From NCBI GenBank assembly GCA_951406725.2, contig OX597824.1, positions 21,328,001-21,392,000 on the forward strand: a DNA stretch of 64,000 nucleotides, read 5' to 3'. The notes under the pieces are model-generated. The model ran no database searches. It was not told the DNA's origin and saw only the letters and a program-made list of their open reading frames with translations. Positions 50,055 to 63,739 of the stretch are shown piece by piece. The DNA is from Octopus vulgaris. Taxonomy: Eukaryota. The translations under genes were made by a program, and so were the position numbers. Position 1 is the stretch's first letter. Each line of letters opens with the position of its first letter.

Positions 50055-50320
50055 TTAGGGAGTAAATCCAAACTTACAGGGAAAAATTAGATTTACAGTA
50101 TAAATATATATATATATATATTAAATTAGAGATAAAACCACTATTAGGCAAATCAAACAGTGAAAAACATAGACCAAAACATAGAAATAAAATTAATTTT
50201 GAATTTTATATTTTGTATATTATATTAATTAATTTTATTATTTCTATGTTTTGGTTTATGTTTTTCACTGTTTGATTTGCCTAATAGTGGTTTTATCTCT
50301 AATTTAATATATATATATAT
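50055..50320. mobile_element. PLE-type terminal sequence with ~85 bp inverted repeat
   Basis: Arms ~50113-50197 and ~50227-50320; AACTTACAGGGAAAAATT shared with 61625. Confidence 0.5.
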
Positions 50321-50499
50321 ATTAGCGGTTCGGCAAAAGAGCCGATAGAATAAGTACTGGGCTTACAAAGAATAAGTCCCGGGGTCGATTTGCTCGACTA
50401 AAGGCGGTGCTCCAGCATGGCCGCAGTCAAATGACTGAAACAAGTAAAAGATGAAATATATATATATATTATGGATCAAACAGAAAAAGAGTGTCTTGT

Positions 50500-50909
50500 G
50501 CCTATTTCTTTATTACCCACAAGGGGCTAAACACAGAGGGGACAGACAAACTGATTAAGTCGATTACATCGACCCCAGTGCGTAACTGGTACTTAATTTA
50601 TTGACCCCAAAAGGATGACAGGCAAAGTCAACCTCGGTGGAATTTGAACTCAGAACATAACAGCAGATGAAATACCTATTTCTTTACTTCCCACAAGGGG
50701 CTAAACACAGAGGGGACGAACAAGGACAGACACACGGATTAAGTCGATTATATCGACCCCAGTGCGTAACTTGTACTTACTTAATTGACCCCGAAAGGAT
50801 GAAAGGCAAAGTCGACCTCGGCAGAATTTGAACTCAGAACGTAACAGTAGACGAAATACCGCTACGTATTTCGCCCGGCGAGCTAACATTCCTGCCAGCT
50901 CGCTGCCCT
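50500..50909 (-). mobile_element. SINE-B dimer (a SINE-A 3' part lies just upstream at 50322-50452)
   Basis: Junction GAAATACCTATTTC at ~50669. Confidence 0.85.
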
Positions 50910-51435
50910 GAAGCCAGACAAGCTCTAGTTATTGCCTGTCTTTTCCTAATATAATACAAAAAGTGTTGGTACCAATAAGAATGAGGTATTTCATGGCCCT
51001 CATCTTGCTCTTGAACTAATCATTGCTGTTTAGCCCTAGGCTGATCCTGGCATTGCCCAGAACTATAGGTTCCATAGATTACATTATCTAATGTGTTCTT
51101 TTTTTTTTGTTCTTAGATAGTAGGGTGTGGTTTGGTGGATATCTGGTTGCTAGTTCCAGTTGACTAACAGACCACTTAATGCTATTCCTCATGAGTCTTG
51201 TTGAAGAATTAGTTCTTTTTTTTTATTTTCATTTCTTTGGAAATGGTTGAATGGTCTGAGATAATTTTTTTTTCTTTTCCTGCCAAATATATTTTCTAAT
51301 TTTTCTGCTTTGTAAAAATACATTGAAAATTTATTTAAGCACGCGCACGCACACACACCCATGTATGTATGTATATATATATATTTATGACAGACACACA
51401 CAGGTACACACATACATACATACATACATAATACA

Positions 51436-51471
<36 letters not shown>

Positions 51472-51485
51472 TGTACATATCTATC

Positions 51486-51538
<53 letters not shown>

Positions 51539-51654
51539 GTATCTATCTATCTGTCCGTCTATCTATCTATCTATCTACCTATCTATCTATCTACTTATCT
51601 GTCTATTTACTTATCTATCTATGTTGTCTGTCTGTCTGTCAGTCTGCCAGTCTG

Positions 51655-51689
<35 letters not shown>

Positions 51690-51723
51690 CTGTGTATATA
51701 TGTGTGTGTATCTATCTATCCAC

Positions 51724-51761
<38 letters not shown>

Positions 51762-52662
51762 CTGTGTATATATGTGTGTGTGTATCTGTCTGTGTATATT
51801 TTTTTTTTTTATATATATGTGTGTGTGTATATATATGTGTGTGTATATATGATTCATTTTAAACACTCGGGCCTTTTAGTATTATACACGCATTGTAGTA
51901 GTACTATTGGCACAATGCTAAATATACCCTTATTCAATCAATTATTATTATTTTTCTTCTTCTCCCCTCCATAATTCCTTGCTTGTTGCCATAAAGCTAT
52001 TTTGATTTATAGGTTACAAAGGTTTAATGAAGAGTTTTTTTTTTTTATTTATTCACTTATTTATTTTTTCAATAATTTTTTTTTTATTACAAAAGCCGCT
52101 TGATGTAGTGAATAACATGAAATATATTTGCAAGATCATAGATTTTTGAAGTAGCATATTGACAGAAATTAATCAATAATTGATGATTTGTAACATGAAG
52201 CGTTTCTGTACTGTACCCTACATTCATCTCAAAGACGGTTCTATGCAGAAGAGATGGCGTTTGTCACATTAAGAGGGTGGATGTTGTTCCTTTCTTTGTG
52301 GATTAATGCTTTCTAATTCCTCCATTAAACGGGTTTCATGTGGGACATTTAGAATTTAACTGCTGGTCTTAATTAGAATAGGTGTGGACAATGGATGTGT
52401 CTCGTTAAGGAGTTTGCTTCTCGACAGCTTCGTCTTGGGTTTGGTTCTGCTGCTTTCACAGCATGCCACCCCTTAAAACTCAACCTAACATACTCTGTGG
52501 AGTGACTGGCATTGGGGAGGGCATCCAGCCATAAAAGCCATGCCAAAACAATGGAGCCTGGTGCTGACCCTGGCCTTACCAGCTCTGGTCAAATTGTCCA
52601 ACCAATGCCACTGTAGAAAATAGATGTTAAATGATGATGAAAATAATGATGATATATATATA

Positions 52663-53064
52663 TCGCAGGAGTGGCTGCGTGGTAAGTAGCTTGCTAACCA
52701 ACCACATGGTTCCGGGTTCAGTCCCACTGCGTGGCACCTTGGGCAAGTGTCTTCTGCTATAGCCTCGGGCCAACCAAAGTCTTGTGAGTGGATTTGGTAG
52801 ACGGAAACTGAAAGAAGCCTGTCGTATATATGTATATATATATGTGTGTGTATGTTTGTGTGTCTGTGTTTGCCCCCCTAGCATTGCTTGACAACCGATG
52901 CTGGTGTGTTTACGTCCCCGTCACTTAGCAGTTCGGCAAAAGAACCGATAGAATAAGTACTGGGCTTACAAAGAATAAGTCCTGGGGTTGATTTGCTCGA
53001 CTAAACACGGTGCTCCAGCATGGCCGCAGTCAAATGACTGAAATAAGTAAAAGAGTAAAAAGAG
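52663..53064 (+). mobile_element. SINE-A full length
   Basis: Complete head, core and tail in (TA)n. Confidence 0.85.
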
Positions 53065-53104
53065 TATATATATATATATATATATTATTATTATTATTAT
53101 TATC

Positions 53105-53330
53105 TCCCTTTCATTCAACCTCTTTTTTTTTCCAATTGTTCGCCATGTTGGACCACTGGACTCAGCACACTTCTTTTTTCATTCTCTCTCTATTTATTTC
53201 CTCTTATTCCTTTCTGTCAAAGAGCATAGGCTCGAAATGTAAAAGACTTTTCCATTTTCACTGAGTGTCAAATTAATACACTTGCTTGTTGTTCCTATAA
53301 CTGTCTTTGTTTTTCTATAAATTTGAAATA
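53105..53330 (+). mobile_element. PLE terminal repeat with hammerhead-like motif
   Basis: CTTT-CTGTCAA-AGAGCATAGGCTC-GAAATGT-A-AAAG at 53210-53245. Confidence 0.55.
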
Positions 53331-53337
53331 TATATAT

Positions 53338-53605
53338 ATCATCATCATCATCGTTTAACGTCCGTTCTCCATGCTAGCATGGGTTGGACGGTTCGACTGG
53401 GGATCTGGGAAGCCAGAAGGCTGTACCAGGCTCCAGTCTTATCTGGCAATGTTTCTACAGCTGGATGCCCTTCCTAACGCCAACCACTCCGTGAGTGTAG
53501 TGGGTGCTTTTTACGTGCCATCCGCACAGGTGCCAGGCGAGGCGGCGCTGGCATCAGCCACGATTCGGATAGTGCTTTTTACGTACCACTGCCGGGTGCC
53601 AGTCA
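53338..53605 (-). mobile_element. Family D
   Basis: Reverse complement; further copies at 52485-52650, 56990-57190 and 59075-59330. Confidence 0.85.
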
Positions 53606-53892
53606 TAGGATTGGTTCATACATATATATGTATATATAAATGTATATATGTATACACATACATATAAACTTGTGTATCTCAGAGAGAAAGAGAGAAAGAG
53701 TCTTTTCTTGCATGTCTTTACATAATATCATTTGTGCAATGATGACATTTGTTTCTCTCAGCTCATCAGGCACACACATTCACACATGCACACCCACAAC
53801 TATACTTTGAGTGTGTGTGTGTGTGTGTGTGTGTTTGTGTATGAGAAGCTTTTTTACAATTTCTGTCTCCCAAATCTCACTCACAAGATATT

Positions 53893-54484
53893 CTTTTCTA
53901 CCCTAGGCAAAAGACCTGAAATCTTTGGGGAGGTGGGGGCCAGTTGATTAGATCGAATCCAGTATGCAGCTGGTACTTAATGTGTCGACCCCGAAAGGAT
54001 GAAAGGCAAAGTCGATCTCAGCAGAATTTGAACTCAGAATGTAAAGACAGACGAAATACCGTTAAGCATTTCGCCCGGTGTGCTAACGTTTCTGCCAGCT
54101 TGCCGCCTTTTCTACTCTAGGCATAAGGCCCAAAATTTTTGGGGTGGAGGCCAGTCAATTAGATTGACCTCAGTACGCAGCTGGTATTTAATTTATCGAC
54201 CCCAAAAGGATGAAAGGCAAAGTCGACCTCGGCAGAATTTGAGACAAAATACCTATTTCTTTACTACCCACAAGGGGCTAAACACAGAGAGGACAAACAA
54301 AGACAGACATATGGATTAAGTCGATTACATTGACCCCCAGTGCATAACTGGTACTTATTTAATCGACCCCGAAAGGATGAAAAGCAAAGTCGACCTCGGT
54401 GGAATTTGAACTCAGAACGTAACGGCAGACGAAATACGGCTACGCATTTCGCCTGGTGTGCTAACGCTTCTGCCAGCTTGCTGT
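53893..54484 (-). mobile_element. SINE-B multimer with mixed tails
   Basis: Three consecutive units; junction AAATACCTATTTC at ~54247. Confidence 0.85.
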
Positions 54485-54985
54485 CTTACTCACTCAGATG
54501 GATACTGAGACATTGGTTGGTTGGCGTAAAACTAGAAGACACTTTTCCAAGACATTACCCAGCGGAATGGAATCCAAAGCTACATGTCTACAGAGTGAAC
54601 TTTGTAACCAGCCGCACAACCACATCTGTACCTTTAATCATCTGCTTTTAATCTCAGAGGAAACTTATGCTATTCTGCAGTAACTTAATATCAAGATATG
54701 ATAGGAAATACACTTGTGCTGTCTCAAAACATGAAATATCTTCCCCTCACAGCACAAGTTATCAACTTTTGACTTTGATATTTTAATGGCTTGGAATCTA
54801 TTTTGTCATTTACCTTTCAGATAAAACACTTAACCTTTCTCTGTTCTGATTTTTGTAGAGATAAAATTTACTTTTTTCAAATAACATTCCGGGGGTTGGC
54901 AAAAATGACCCAGCTTATGGAGATGCCATACATTTCTGGAATACATTATTTTAATGGAAAATATATATATATGTATGTATGTATG

Positions 54986-55029
<44 letters not shown>

Positions 55030-55199
55030 CATATATTGTATATCTATGTATGTATTGTGTGTGTGTTAGAGAGAGAAAAAGAGGGAGACAGTCAGTTTGT
55101 ATGTTATTATTACTTTCATCATCACCGTCATCATCATCACCACCATCATCATCATCACCATCATCATCAATATTCAACACCATCATCATCATCATCATT

Positions 55200-55443
55200 A
55201 CCTATTTCTTTACTACCCACAAGGGGCTAAACACAGAGGGGATAAACAAGGACAGACACGTGGATTAAGTCGATTACATCGACCCAGTGCGTAACTGGTA
55301 CTTAATTTATCACCCCCCCCCCCCCCGAAAGGATGAAACGTGAAGTCGACCCTGGCGGAATTTGAACTCAGAACGTAGCGGCAGACGAAATACGGCTACG
55401 CATTTCGCCCGGCGTGCTAACGATTCTGCCAGCTTTCCGCCTT
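55200..55443 (-). mobile_element. SINE-B
   Basis: Complete reverse complement; another copy at 60439-60655. Confidence 0.85.
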
Positions 55444-55489
55444 AATTACCATCGTCGTCACGACGACCACCACCACCTCCACCTTTTAA

Positions 55490-55713
55490 CCCTTTAGCCT
55501 TCAGGTTATATTCTGTTAAATGTAATCCCTATTTATTTTTGATTATTTTGAATTAATCACGAATTATCGTGTCACTTCAATATTTTGATGACACGGTAGT
55601 TTATTTTTGGAATGACATTGTCAGGTAGGTGTGAGGGTCCAGATTTGGTCAGTTTGAACATAAATCAAGCAAAATATTTTGGCTGGACACAAGCTGGTTT
55701 AAATGCTAAAGGA
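55490..55713. mobile_element. piggyBac-type MITE
   Basis: TTAA|CCCTTTAGC .. GCTAAAGGA|TTAA. Confidence 0.7.
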
Positions 55714-56131
55714 TTAATGTCCACTTCTCTATGCTTGCACAAGTCAGATGGAATTTGTTGAGGCAGGTTTTCCACAGCAAATGCCCTTCCTGTTCCCAGC
55801 ATTCATTTGTTTGCAACTTAGGTGATAGTTTCCCTGTGGCCAGAACATGTTTTTCACAGAATATTGGAAAGAAACAACTCTGCTTGTATGACAGTGATGC
55901 TCATTTACAACCATCATATACTGTGTCGACAAGGGTACTTACAAACACAAACACACACCTACGCACACACATGCACACACATATGCTTATACAATGGGCT
56001 TTTAGTTTCCTGTGCAGTAGGACTGAACCAGAGACCACATGGTTAGGAAGTAAATTTCTTAACCTCTCAACCATGCCTGTGCTTGCATGGATGTATGTTT
56101 AATAATCTGGCTGTAAAGGGGCATATATATA

Positions 56132-56543
56132 TAGGAGTGGCTGTGTGGTAAGTAGCTTGCTTACCAACTACATGGTTCTGGGTTCAGTCCCACTGTGTGG
56201 CACCTTGGGCAAGTGTCTTCTAATATAGCCTCGAGCTGACCAAATCCTTGTAAGTGGATTTGGTAGATGGAAACTGAAAGAAGCCCGTCCTATATATGTA
56301 TATATATATATATATATATGTGTGTGTATGTGTTTGTGTGTCTGTGTTTGTCCCTCCAACATCGCTTGACAACTGATGCTGGTGTGTTTACATCCCCATA
56401 ACTTAGTGGTTCAGCAAAAGAGACCAATAGAATAAGTACTAGGCTTACAGGGAATAAGTCCTGGGGTTGATTTGTTCGACTAAAGGCAGTGCTCCAGCAT
56501 GGCCACAGTCACATGACTGAAACAAGTAAAAGAGTAAAAGAGT
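56132..56543 (+). mobile_element. SINE-A full length
   Basis: Complete copy; minus-strand copy with an internal deletion at 60086-60402. Confidence 0.85.
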
Positions 56544-57954
56544 ATACACAAGTAACAGTTAGTGATATGTAAGACATGACTACATTTTTTGGCAAAAAAT
56601 AAAATGAAATCATGAAAAGCACCATGTATTGAATATATGAGCTATGGACTATTGACCCATGCATGTATAGATTTATACTAAGGTTGGTCTTACTATTCAG
56701 AGTGTTAGAGTGTTGCTGATGGTCATAAGACTACAGGTTCAATCCTTGGATTGGGTAACACAATGTGCCCTTGAGCAAGGCTCTTCATTTTATATTGCTC
56801 AAGATAACCCAGGAGGAATATCAACTTGGAACTGGTGCAGCTTTCTCTCTGTCTGTCTGTATCTCGCCCCCCCCCTCAATAACTCTCTCTCTCTTTCGCA
56901 CTCTTTTCCTCTCTCTAGTTCTCACATGCTCGATTTTCCTTCATGTCAAGGGCGGGAGGGCTGTGAAGGTGTCTATGCCTATTTATGACTATGCCGTTGC
57001 CAGTACCACCAAACTGGCCCTCGTGCCGGTGGCACGTAAAAAGCACCCACTATACTCTCAGAGTGGTTGGCGTTAGGAAGGGCATCCAGCTGTAGAAACT
57101 CTGCCAGATCAGATTGGAGTCTGGTTCGCCAGACCTCAGTCAAATCATCCAACCCATGCTAGCATGGAAGGCAGACGTTAAATGATGAGGATTATGATCA
57201 TCATCATGATCATCACCCAAAGCTATTGGCAAGACTACTGTTCATACTACAAAGTCATACTTGCCTGCATGTGACAGCAATGATTATTTTTCTATAGAAA
57301 TTGTGGAATATTTCTGCTGGGCTTTCTGCAAAAAAAAAAAAAAAAAAAAACCCCTCAAAAAACATTAAAACTATCATTTCACTTAATTAGTCTGTGTATC
57401 ACTATTTATATTCATAATTGTATAAATATTGCTGGAATTTAATTTTAAACAGTTCTATTGCTTAAAATTATTTCTTGAAATGCCAAATACAAAATTCATC
57501 ACATGACAAGTTGGCAAAATATTTTTTGTTTTTCTTTTGAAAAAAAAAAAAAAAATTAAAATATGCAGAAAAAAAGAAAAAACATTATGTAGGTCCTTTT
57601 ATGAATGAGTAAAATCAATAATAAAAAAAAAAAGCTTAGAGCATGGTATAAAAGATTGATATGTTGTCAGGAACTTAACATTAGAACAAGCAATATTAAA
57701 AAGACAAATCGTATTGATTAGATGCAAATAGTTGACTGTATCAATAAATTTATAGTGAAAACTCGTTGCGTTCCCATCAGAAATACATCTCTATTTACAT
57801 ACTTTGAAAAACCGTTTATTTATTGGATTAGAAGAAGAGATTGTATGTCGCAAGCTTTCCAAATATTTATTCTTGCAACTACAAATGCGAGTTAATTATA
57901 AAGACAAGAATTAAAAATAAAATATATATATATATGTATGTATATATATATATT

Positions 57955-57998
<44 letters not shown>

Positions 57999-58628
57999 AA
58001 AGCAAACAAAAAGAAACAACAAAAACTCCCAGATTTTTTTTGTCGTATCTTTATCAAAGTATCTTGTTATCTTAAAATAAGTTATTCTTTTTTTTTTTTT
58101 TTTTTTTATTTTTTTTTGTTTTGAAGTTACCAATTCATGAGTGTTTTTATACTCGGCAGAATCACAAAAAAAACAAACAAACAAAACAAAAAAAAAAAAC
58201 CAAGAAGACTTTAAAATATTCATCTTTGTCATAATTGTCATTAGAGTCAGATTCAGATATGATTACATCTCTCTGATTTTTTTTTTTGATTTTTTTTTTT
58301 AAGTTTCTACAAATTGTCAGATCACACAAAAATATTGAATTTCAAAGTAAAAAAACAGTGAAAAAAAAAAGCAAAAAATCAACAACAAAAAACAAACAAA
58401 AAATATCATGTGAGCTTTCTTTCTTTCTTTCTTTCTCCATAAACATTAACTTTCAGATATATATATATTTATAACAAAATTTCCTTTGAAAACACTCAAA
58501 GCAATTTTTTGTTTGCCTTTGTTTCGCAAAGCATGCTTTGCAATAAAGATACTCAATTGATCTGTTCCTCATTGCTTTAAGCATTTACCTTTTGAAAAAT
58601 TATTCTTATTTCTTTATATTCATATATG

Positions 58629-58900
58629 CAGGCATCCCCCGCATTACCGAAGCATTGTGTTCCTGAAAATCTTTGCTTTAATGTGGAATTCTGTTATACA
58701 AAACGTATTTCCCGTAGAGTTCCATGTTAACCGATTTCCATGAAACATATGAGTCAATGGAAAATAGATTCCATGTTATGGAATTCCAGCTTTTATCAAG
58801 ATTTTCAGCAATGCAGTGCTTCCATGCTATAAGGATTCCTGTACTAAACAAATGATACATGAGATAGTTGATCTTGAAAGGAAAAAGAAGCACTGGGTGT
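58629..58900 (+). mobile_element. Tigger/pogo-type remnant
   Basis: CAGGCATCCCCCGCATTAC..TGTTCC terminus; IHEIVDL peptide weakly Tigger-like. Confidence 0.35.
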
Positions 58901-60910
58901 TTGTATTTTGTGGTTGACATATGGTAACAGAGCCAAAGTAACCTTGAAGTGTATGAGATTCCTTACAAAAAAACCCCCCAAAAAACAAAAACAAAAATCC
59001 CCACTGAAATTAAATATTCAGTGACACTGTCCACATTGAAAACAAAGCTAAGTTATTATTAACATATCTAATGTATCGTCATTATCATCATCATTGCCGT
59101 TTGATGTCTTCTTTCCATGCTGGCATGGGTTGGATGGTTTGACAGGGATGACAAACCAGAAGGCTGCACCAGGCTCCAATCTGATCTGGCAGAGTTTTTA
59201 CAGTTGGATGCCCTTCCTAATGCCAACCACTCTGAGAGTGTAGTGGGTGCTTTTTATGTGTCACCTGCACGAGGGCCAGTCAGGTGGTACTGGCATCAAC
59301 CACACTTGAATGGTGCGTTTTATGTAACTCCAAGCTTAGTTGGAGCTTTCAAGAAAGAATGTCCCCACAAAACCTGAATAACCCATTTCTGTTGCCTCAC
59401 CACATGCCTGTCAGGCAGCCCTGATTTCTGCACTCTTCTACCAGCTCCTCAATTTCTCACTGTTATGAAGATTTGCCCAGCTGACCACTCGTTCAGGAGG
59501 CTTGGCAAAAATAGACAATTCTCTTTCACTTTTTCTTTTTTTTTCCTCATATTTCTATCTCTCTCTCTCTTTCACACACATGTGTGTTCAGTGTGTTAAT
59601 TATTTTTACTGTTTCAGGGTCAATAAACTAAGTACCAGTTACGCACTGGGGTCGATGTAATCGACTTAATCCGTTTGTCTGTCCTTGTTTGTCCCCTCTA
59701 TGTTTAGCCCCTTGTGAGTAATAAAGAAACATATTTTTACTGTTTCTTCATGGCTATAATTTTCTCTGCCCTGCTGTGACCAGTTAATCTTTGCAGCATT
59801 ATTGAATAAACTATTTGTATCTAAAGAAAAAGATTTCTCTATCATTTCTTTAAAAATACTTCTTCCTTTGCCACAAATTTAATAAATCTATGCTAAAAAT
59901 GTGTCCTTGTGACCGAGGCACTTACATCTAAATAGCTTAGTTCTTCTTGCTTTAAGTAGGCACTAAAGGTGACATGGTTTCTAGCTGTAAGTAGCCGTAG
60001 TAACACTGAGAAAAGTCAGCAGGCTCTTTAAGACTTATTCCACCATTGCTGCAGTCTGTTGCCTTAAACACACATTCACAGCATTACTCTTTTTACTCTT
60101 TTACTTGTTTCAGTCATTTGACTGCGGCCATGCTGCAGCACTGCCTTTAGTCGAGCAAATCAACCCCAGGACTTATTCTTTGGGGGGACTAACACAAACA
60201 CACATATACACACACACACACACACATATATATATACATATATATGACAGGCTTCTTTCAGTTTCCGTCTACCAAATCCACTCACAAGGCTCTGGTCGAC
60301 CCGAGGCTATAGTAGAAGACACTTGCCCAAGGTGCCACGCAGTGGGACTGAACTCGGAATCATGTGGTTTGTAAACGAGCTCCTTACCACACAGCCACTC
60401 CTAACATTTTTGATATTTATAATAATGTAATACATATTTATTTCTTTACTACCCACAAGGGGCTAAACATAGAGGGGACAAACAAGGACAGACAACGAAT
60501 TAAGTCGATTACATCGACCCCAGTGCGTAACTGGTACTTAATTTATCGACCCCGAAAGGATGAACGGCAAAGTCGACCTCGCGGAATTTGAACTCAAAAC
60601 GTAACGGCAGACGAAATACGACTACGCATTTCGCCCAGCGTTCTAACGGTTCTGGATATTTATAATATGTAATACATATTATTAATCTTTAGTCACTCTC
60701 ATGTATCCAGCTAGCATTTTCCTCAGAAGACTTCTGAAATGATTTTTAAAAATCCAAGCAGCTGCAACTCTAATAAGATTTGACCAAAGAATATTTTTAT
60801 AAGCAGATCAAGTAATATAGTTGAAAATGTAGGTTTTGTAGCACTTAGTTTTCCATTGCCCTCTAATGACTTATATTGCTAAAAAATATATGTTAGCGAC
60901 AGGTGCACAT

Positions 60911-60978
<68 letters not shown>

Positions 60979-61377
60979 ACGCACATGAAGATTATTTATT
61001 TTTATACTTATACACACATGCGTATATATAAATATGAGATGAAAATTCATTATGTATAAATCATATACATGAGTGTTTGTATTCCAACTGCCTTTGTATT
61101 TATTTATTTATTTTTATACTTATACACACATGCGTATATATAAATATATGTATGCATACATATATACTTACATAAATATATTGTTGATGACAAGAATCTA
61201 TATACTTTTGAAAAAAAATGGAATCAATCATTTTTTGCAATTGGTGGAGATGTGTACCAACACTTCCATGTGGCATGCTTGAACAATTGTGAAGATCTCT
61301 GACATGAAACTATTGGTTGCCTTATTAACCCTTACATACACACATACACACACACACACACACATACATACATGACT

Positions 61378-61665
61378 GCGTGTGTATTGTTGGTGATTTT
61401 CTTTCTCTGTCTTCCCTTCCTTGGACCTTTCTTCTCTCTATGTTTCTGATGAAGAGCTCCGCTCGAAACGTTAAATCCTCCTTCTTTCTTTCCTTTCCTG
61501 AGTGTCCAATAACACTATACTTGTTCCTAGTCCTTGCATTGTTGTGTTTTCTCTTTGTTCATGTTTGGAGTAACTATTATACATATATATATTATAATAA
61601 TAATTTGAGGGAATATTATTCCTAACTTACAGGGAAAAATTCAGTTTAGAAATACTAAATCATTT
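61378..61665 (+). mobile_element. PLE terminal repeat (third family)
   Basis: Pyrimidine-rich pLTR-like sequence containing a canonical hammerhead core. Confidence 0.6.
61442..61476 (+). ncRNA. Minimal type I hammerhead ribozyme motif
   Basis: GTTT-CTGATGA-AGAGC TCC GCTC-GAAA-CG-T-T-AAAT; palindromic ACGT stem III. Confidence 0.65.
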
Positions 61666-61726
61666 TTATATAGGGATATATACGTGTGTGTGTGTGTGTT
61701 TGTGTGTGTTATATGTTATATATATA

Positions 61727-62104
61727 CACTACCGTCAGAAATTAATTAGCACCCTTGATTTGCTCTTCACTCAAGGTATGTGCTGTCACCTAGTGGCCAT
61801 ATCTCGAACTATTGCTTTGTTGCGAGTTCACTGTTGCGCAGAACGATGACGTAACTTTGTTTGCAGAGCAGTTTGAGAGTCTACAGCCTTATGATGTTGA
61901 CATAGCAGTGCAACAACAACTTGGAGTGCGGATGCAGACAAATTCCTTTGTTTAATAGATATAGGTAGCGCCTCGCAAGGACCGAAATCACACCATACTA
62001 AGTTTTCTCATCGCGTAAGACGTTTTGAACAGCTCATAGGTTAATTGATTTAACCTATTTAATGTAGAAATTTGAGAAGTGCTAATTAATTTCTGACGCA
62101 AGTG
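61727..62104. mobile_element. Tc1-type MITE
   Basis: TA|CACTACCGTCAGAAATTAATTAGCAC .. GTGCTAATTAATTTCTGACGCAAGTG|TA. Confidence 0.85.
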
Positions 62105-63141
62105 TATATATATATGGGTGTTCTTGTGTGTGAGATATACAAGAACATTAGCTCACAACCATCTGATAATTCCAATGTTATGCAGTGTTACCCACTCAGT
62201 TCACCTTTGTACATACAAACTCATCTGCACTTAGAATGTGCAATTACTTGTCCATCAACCTTAGGAAAACAGAGTAAATTTTCTTAAATTATTTACCAAA
62301 ATAATTAAATAGGTTATTGTCTTCAGTACTGTTATTAATGTTCAAATTATATCACATTAATCTCAAAATTGAACAAAACAGAATCAGAATTATTTTGTAA
62401 TTATAGGAAATAACTTTAATTAGAAACATTTAATTAATTTAAATAATTTGAGTACAAAAATCTTTTTATTCTATTTCGGTTACATAATAATAATAGTAAT
62501 AATTAAAAAAATCAATAGTTAACAGAATTATTTGGTTGAAGAAAATTATTTGGCTGCATAGTTTCGCTGTCAAGAAGCATGTGACCCTTGGAAGAAACTA
62601 AAAGATGCAACTGTATCTTTATAATTTTTTATATGTCTAAATCATCCTCAACCTATTTTTATATTAACTTGTCTCTGATTGTCTTTGATTCTTTGATAGA
62701 AACCTTCTGTTTTAAAGTGATCTAAATTAAAAACTAAAGGCTTGCTTCAAAATTTCATGTTTATTATGCAGTACAGCATGTTGTTTCCAAATTCTTGGCA
62801 GAGTGAAATGCATCATGGTGCTGTTTTTCTCACAGACAGTGCCCGGCTGACCCTACTATACTGTGTAGTTGACAAAATCAAAGACAAACAATACGCATGC
62901 ATGAAATTAAGAATATAAAATGGCGACAATTTACATATCACATCCTGTGTATATATATATATGATAGACTTCACCAAATCCATTCACAGTCAGCTTGGGG
63001 CTATAGTAGAAGACATTTGACCCCCAAGTGCCACATAATGGAATTGAACCTGAGTAAATTCAAATTTTTTTATTGTGTTCTTATAATTTTTCTTACATTT
63101 GCCTTCTCTCACTCTCTCTTTCTATCTGTCTGTCTGTCTGT

Positions 63142-63192
63142 AGCGTTAGACGGAAGATGTAAATGTCCTTGGTTCGATCCCGGGTTTTGGCA
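63142..63192 (+). pseudogene. 5'-truncated tRNA-Phe(GAA)-derived sequence
   Basis: 46/51 identical to the 3' two-thirds of canonical eukaryotic tRNA-Phe as recalled (AGCGTTAGACTGAAGATCTAAAGGTCCCTGGTTCGATCCCGGGTTTCGGCA). Confidence 0.8.
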
Positions 63193-63436
63193 TCCGGTGG
63201 TTGGCACATTTCTTAACGGTGGTGCATCAGAATGGCCACAGCTATGAGGTGAAACCACAGCAAAAAAATAAATAAATAAATAATAAATATATATACAAGA
63301 AAGATGATGGATAACAAGCATAGGTGTAAAGAATGTACAGATATGAAAAATTGTGCATGCAGCCTACACTTCATGTAAATTGTATATACAATTTTGCATA
63401 TGAATACCTTCCTCACACCTATGATTGTTTGACCAT

Positions 63437-63480
<44 letters not shown>

Positions 63481-63739
63481 GGTGTATATGTAAGAGTGTT
63501 TGTGATTGTAATTTCCTCTTGTCTTATTAGTTGTAAGCAGATTGAAAACAAAGGCACTGATTGTAAACAAAGTGATGCCATTTGATTTGCTATCTGCCAA
63601 GGAAACATGTCCAGCCATTGAGCTGTTTGTTGTTTGAAGTAATAAGAGGAAAGATAACCTTGCTTGGAAATTGGCGAGGGTTGCTGATAGCAAGTGTGTC
63701 CTATTATGGAAAATCTGCCTTAACAATTTTTATCTGAAA

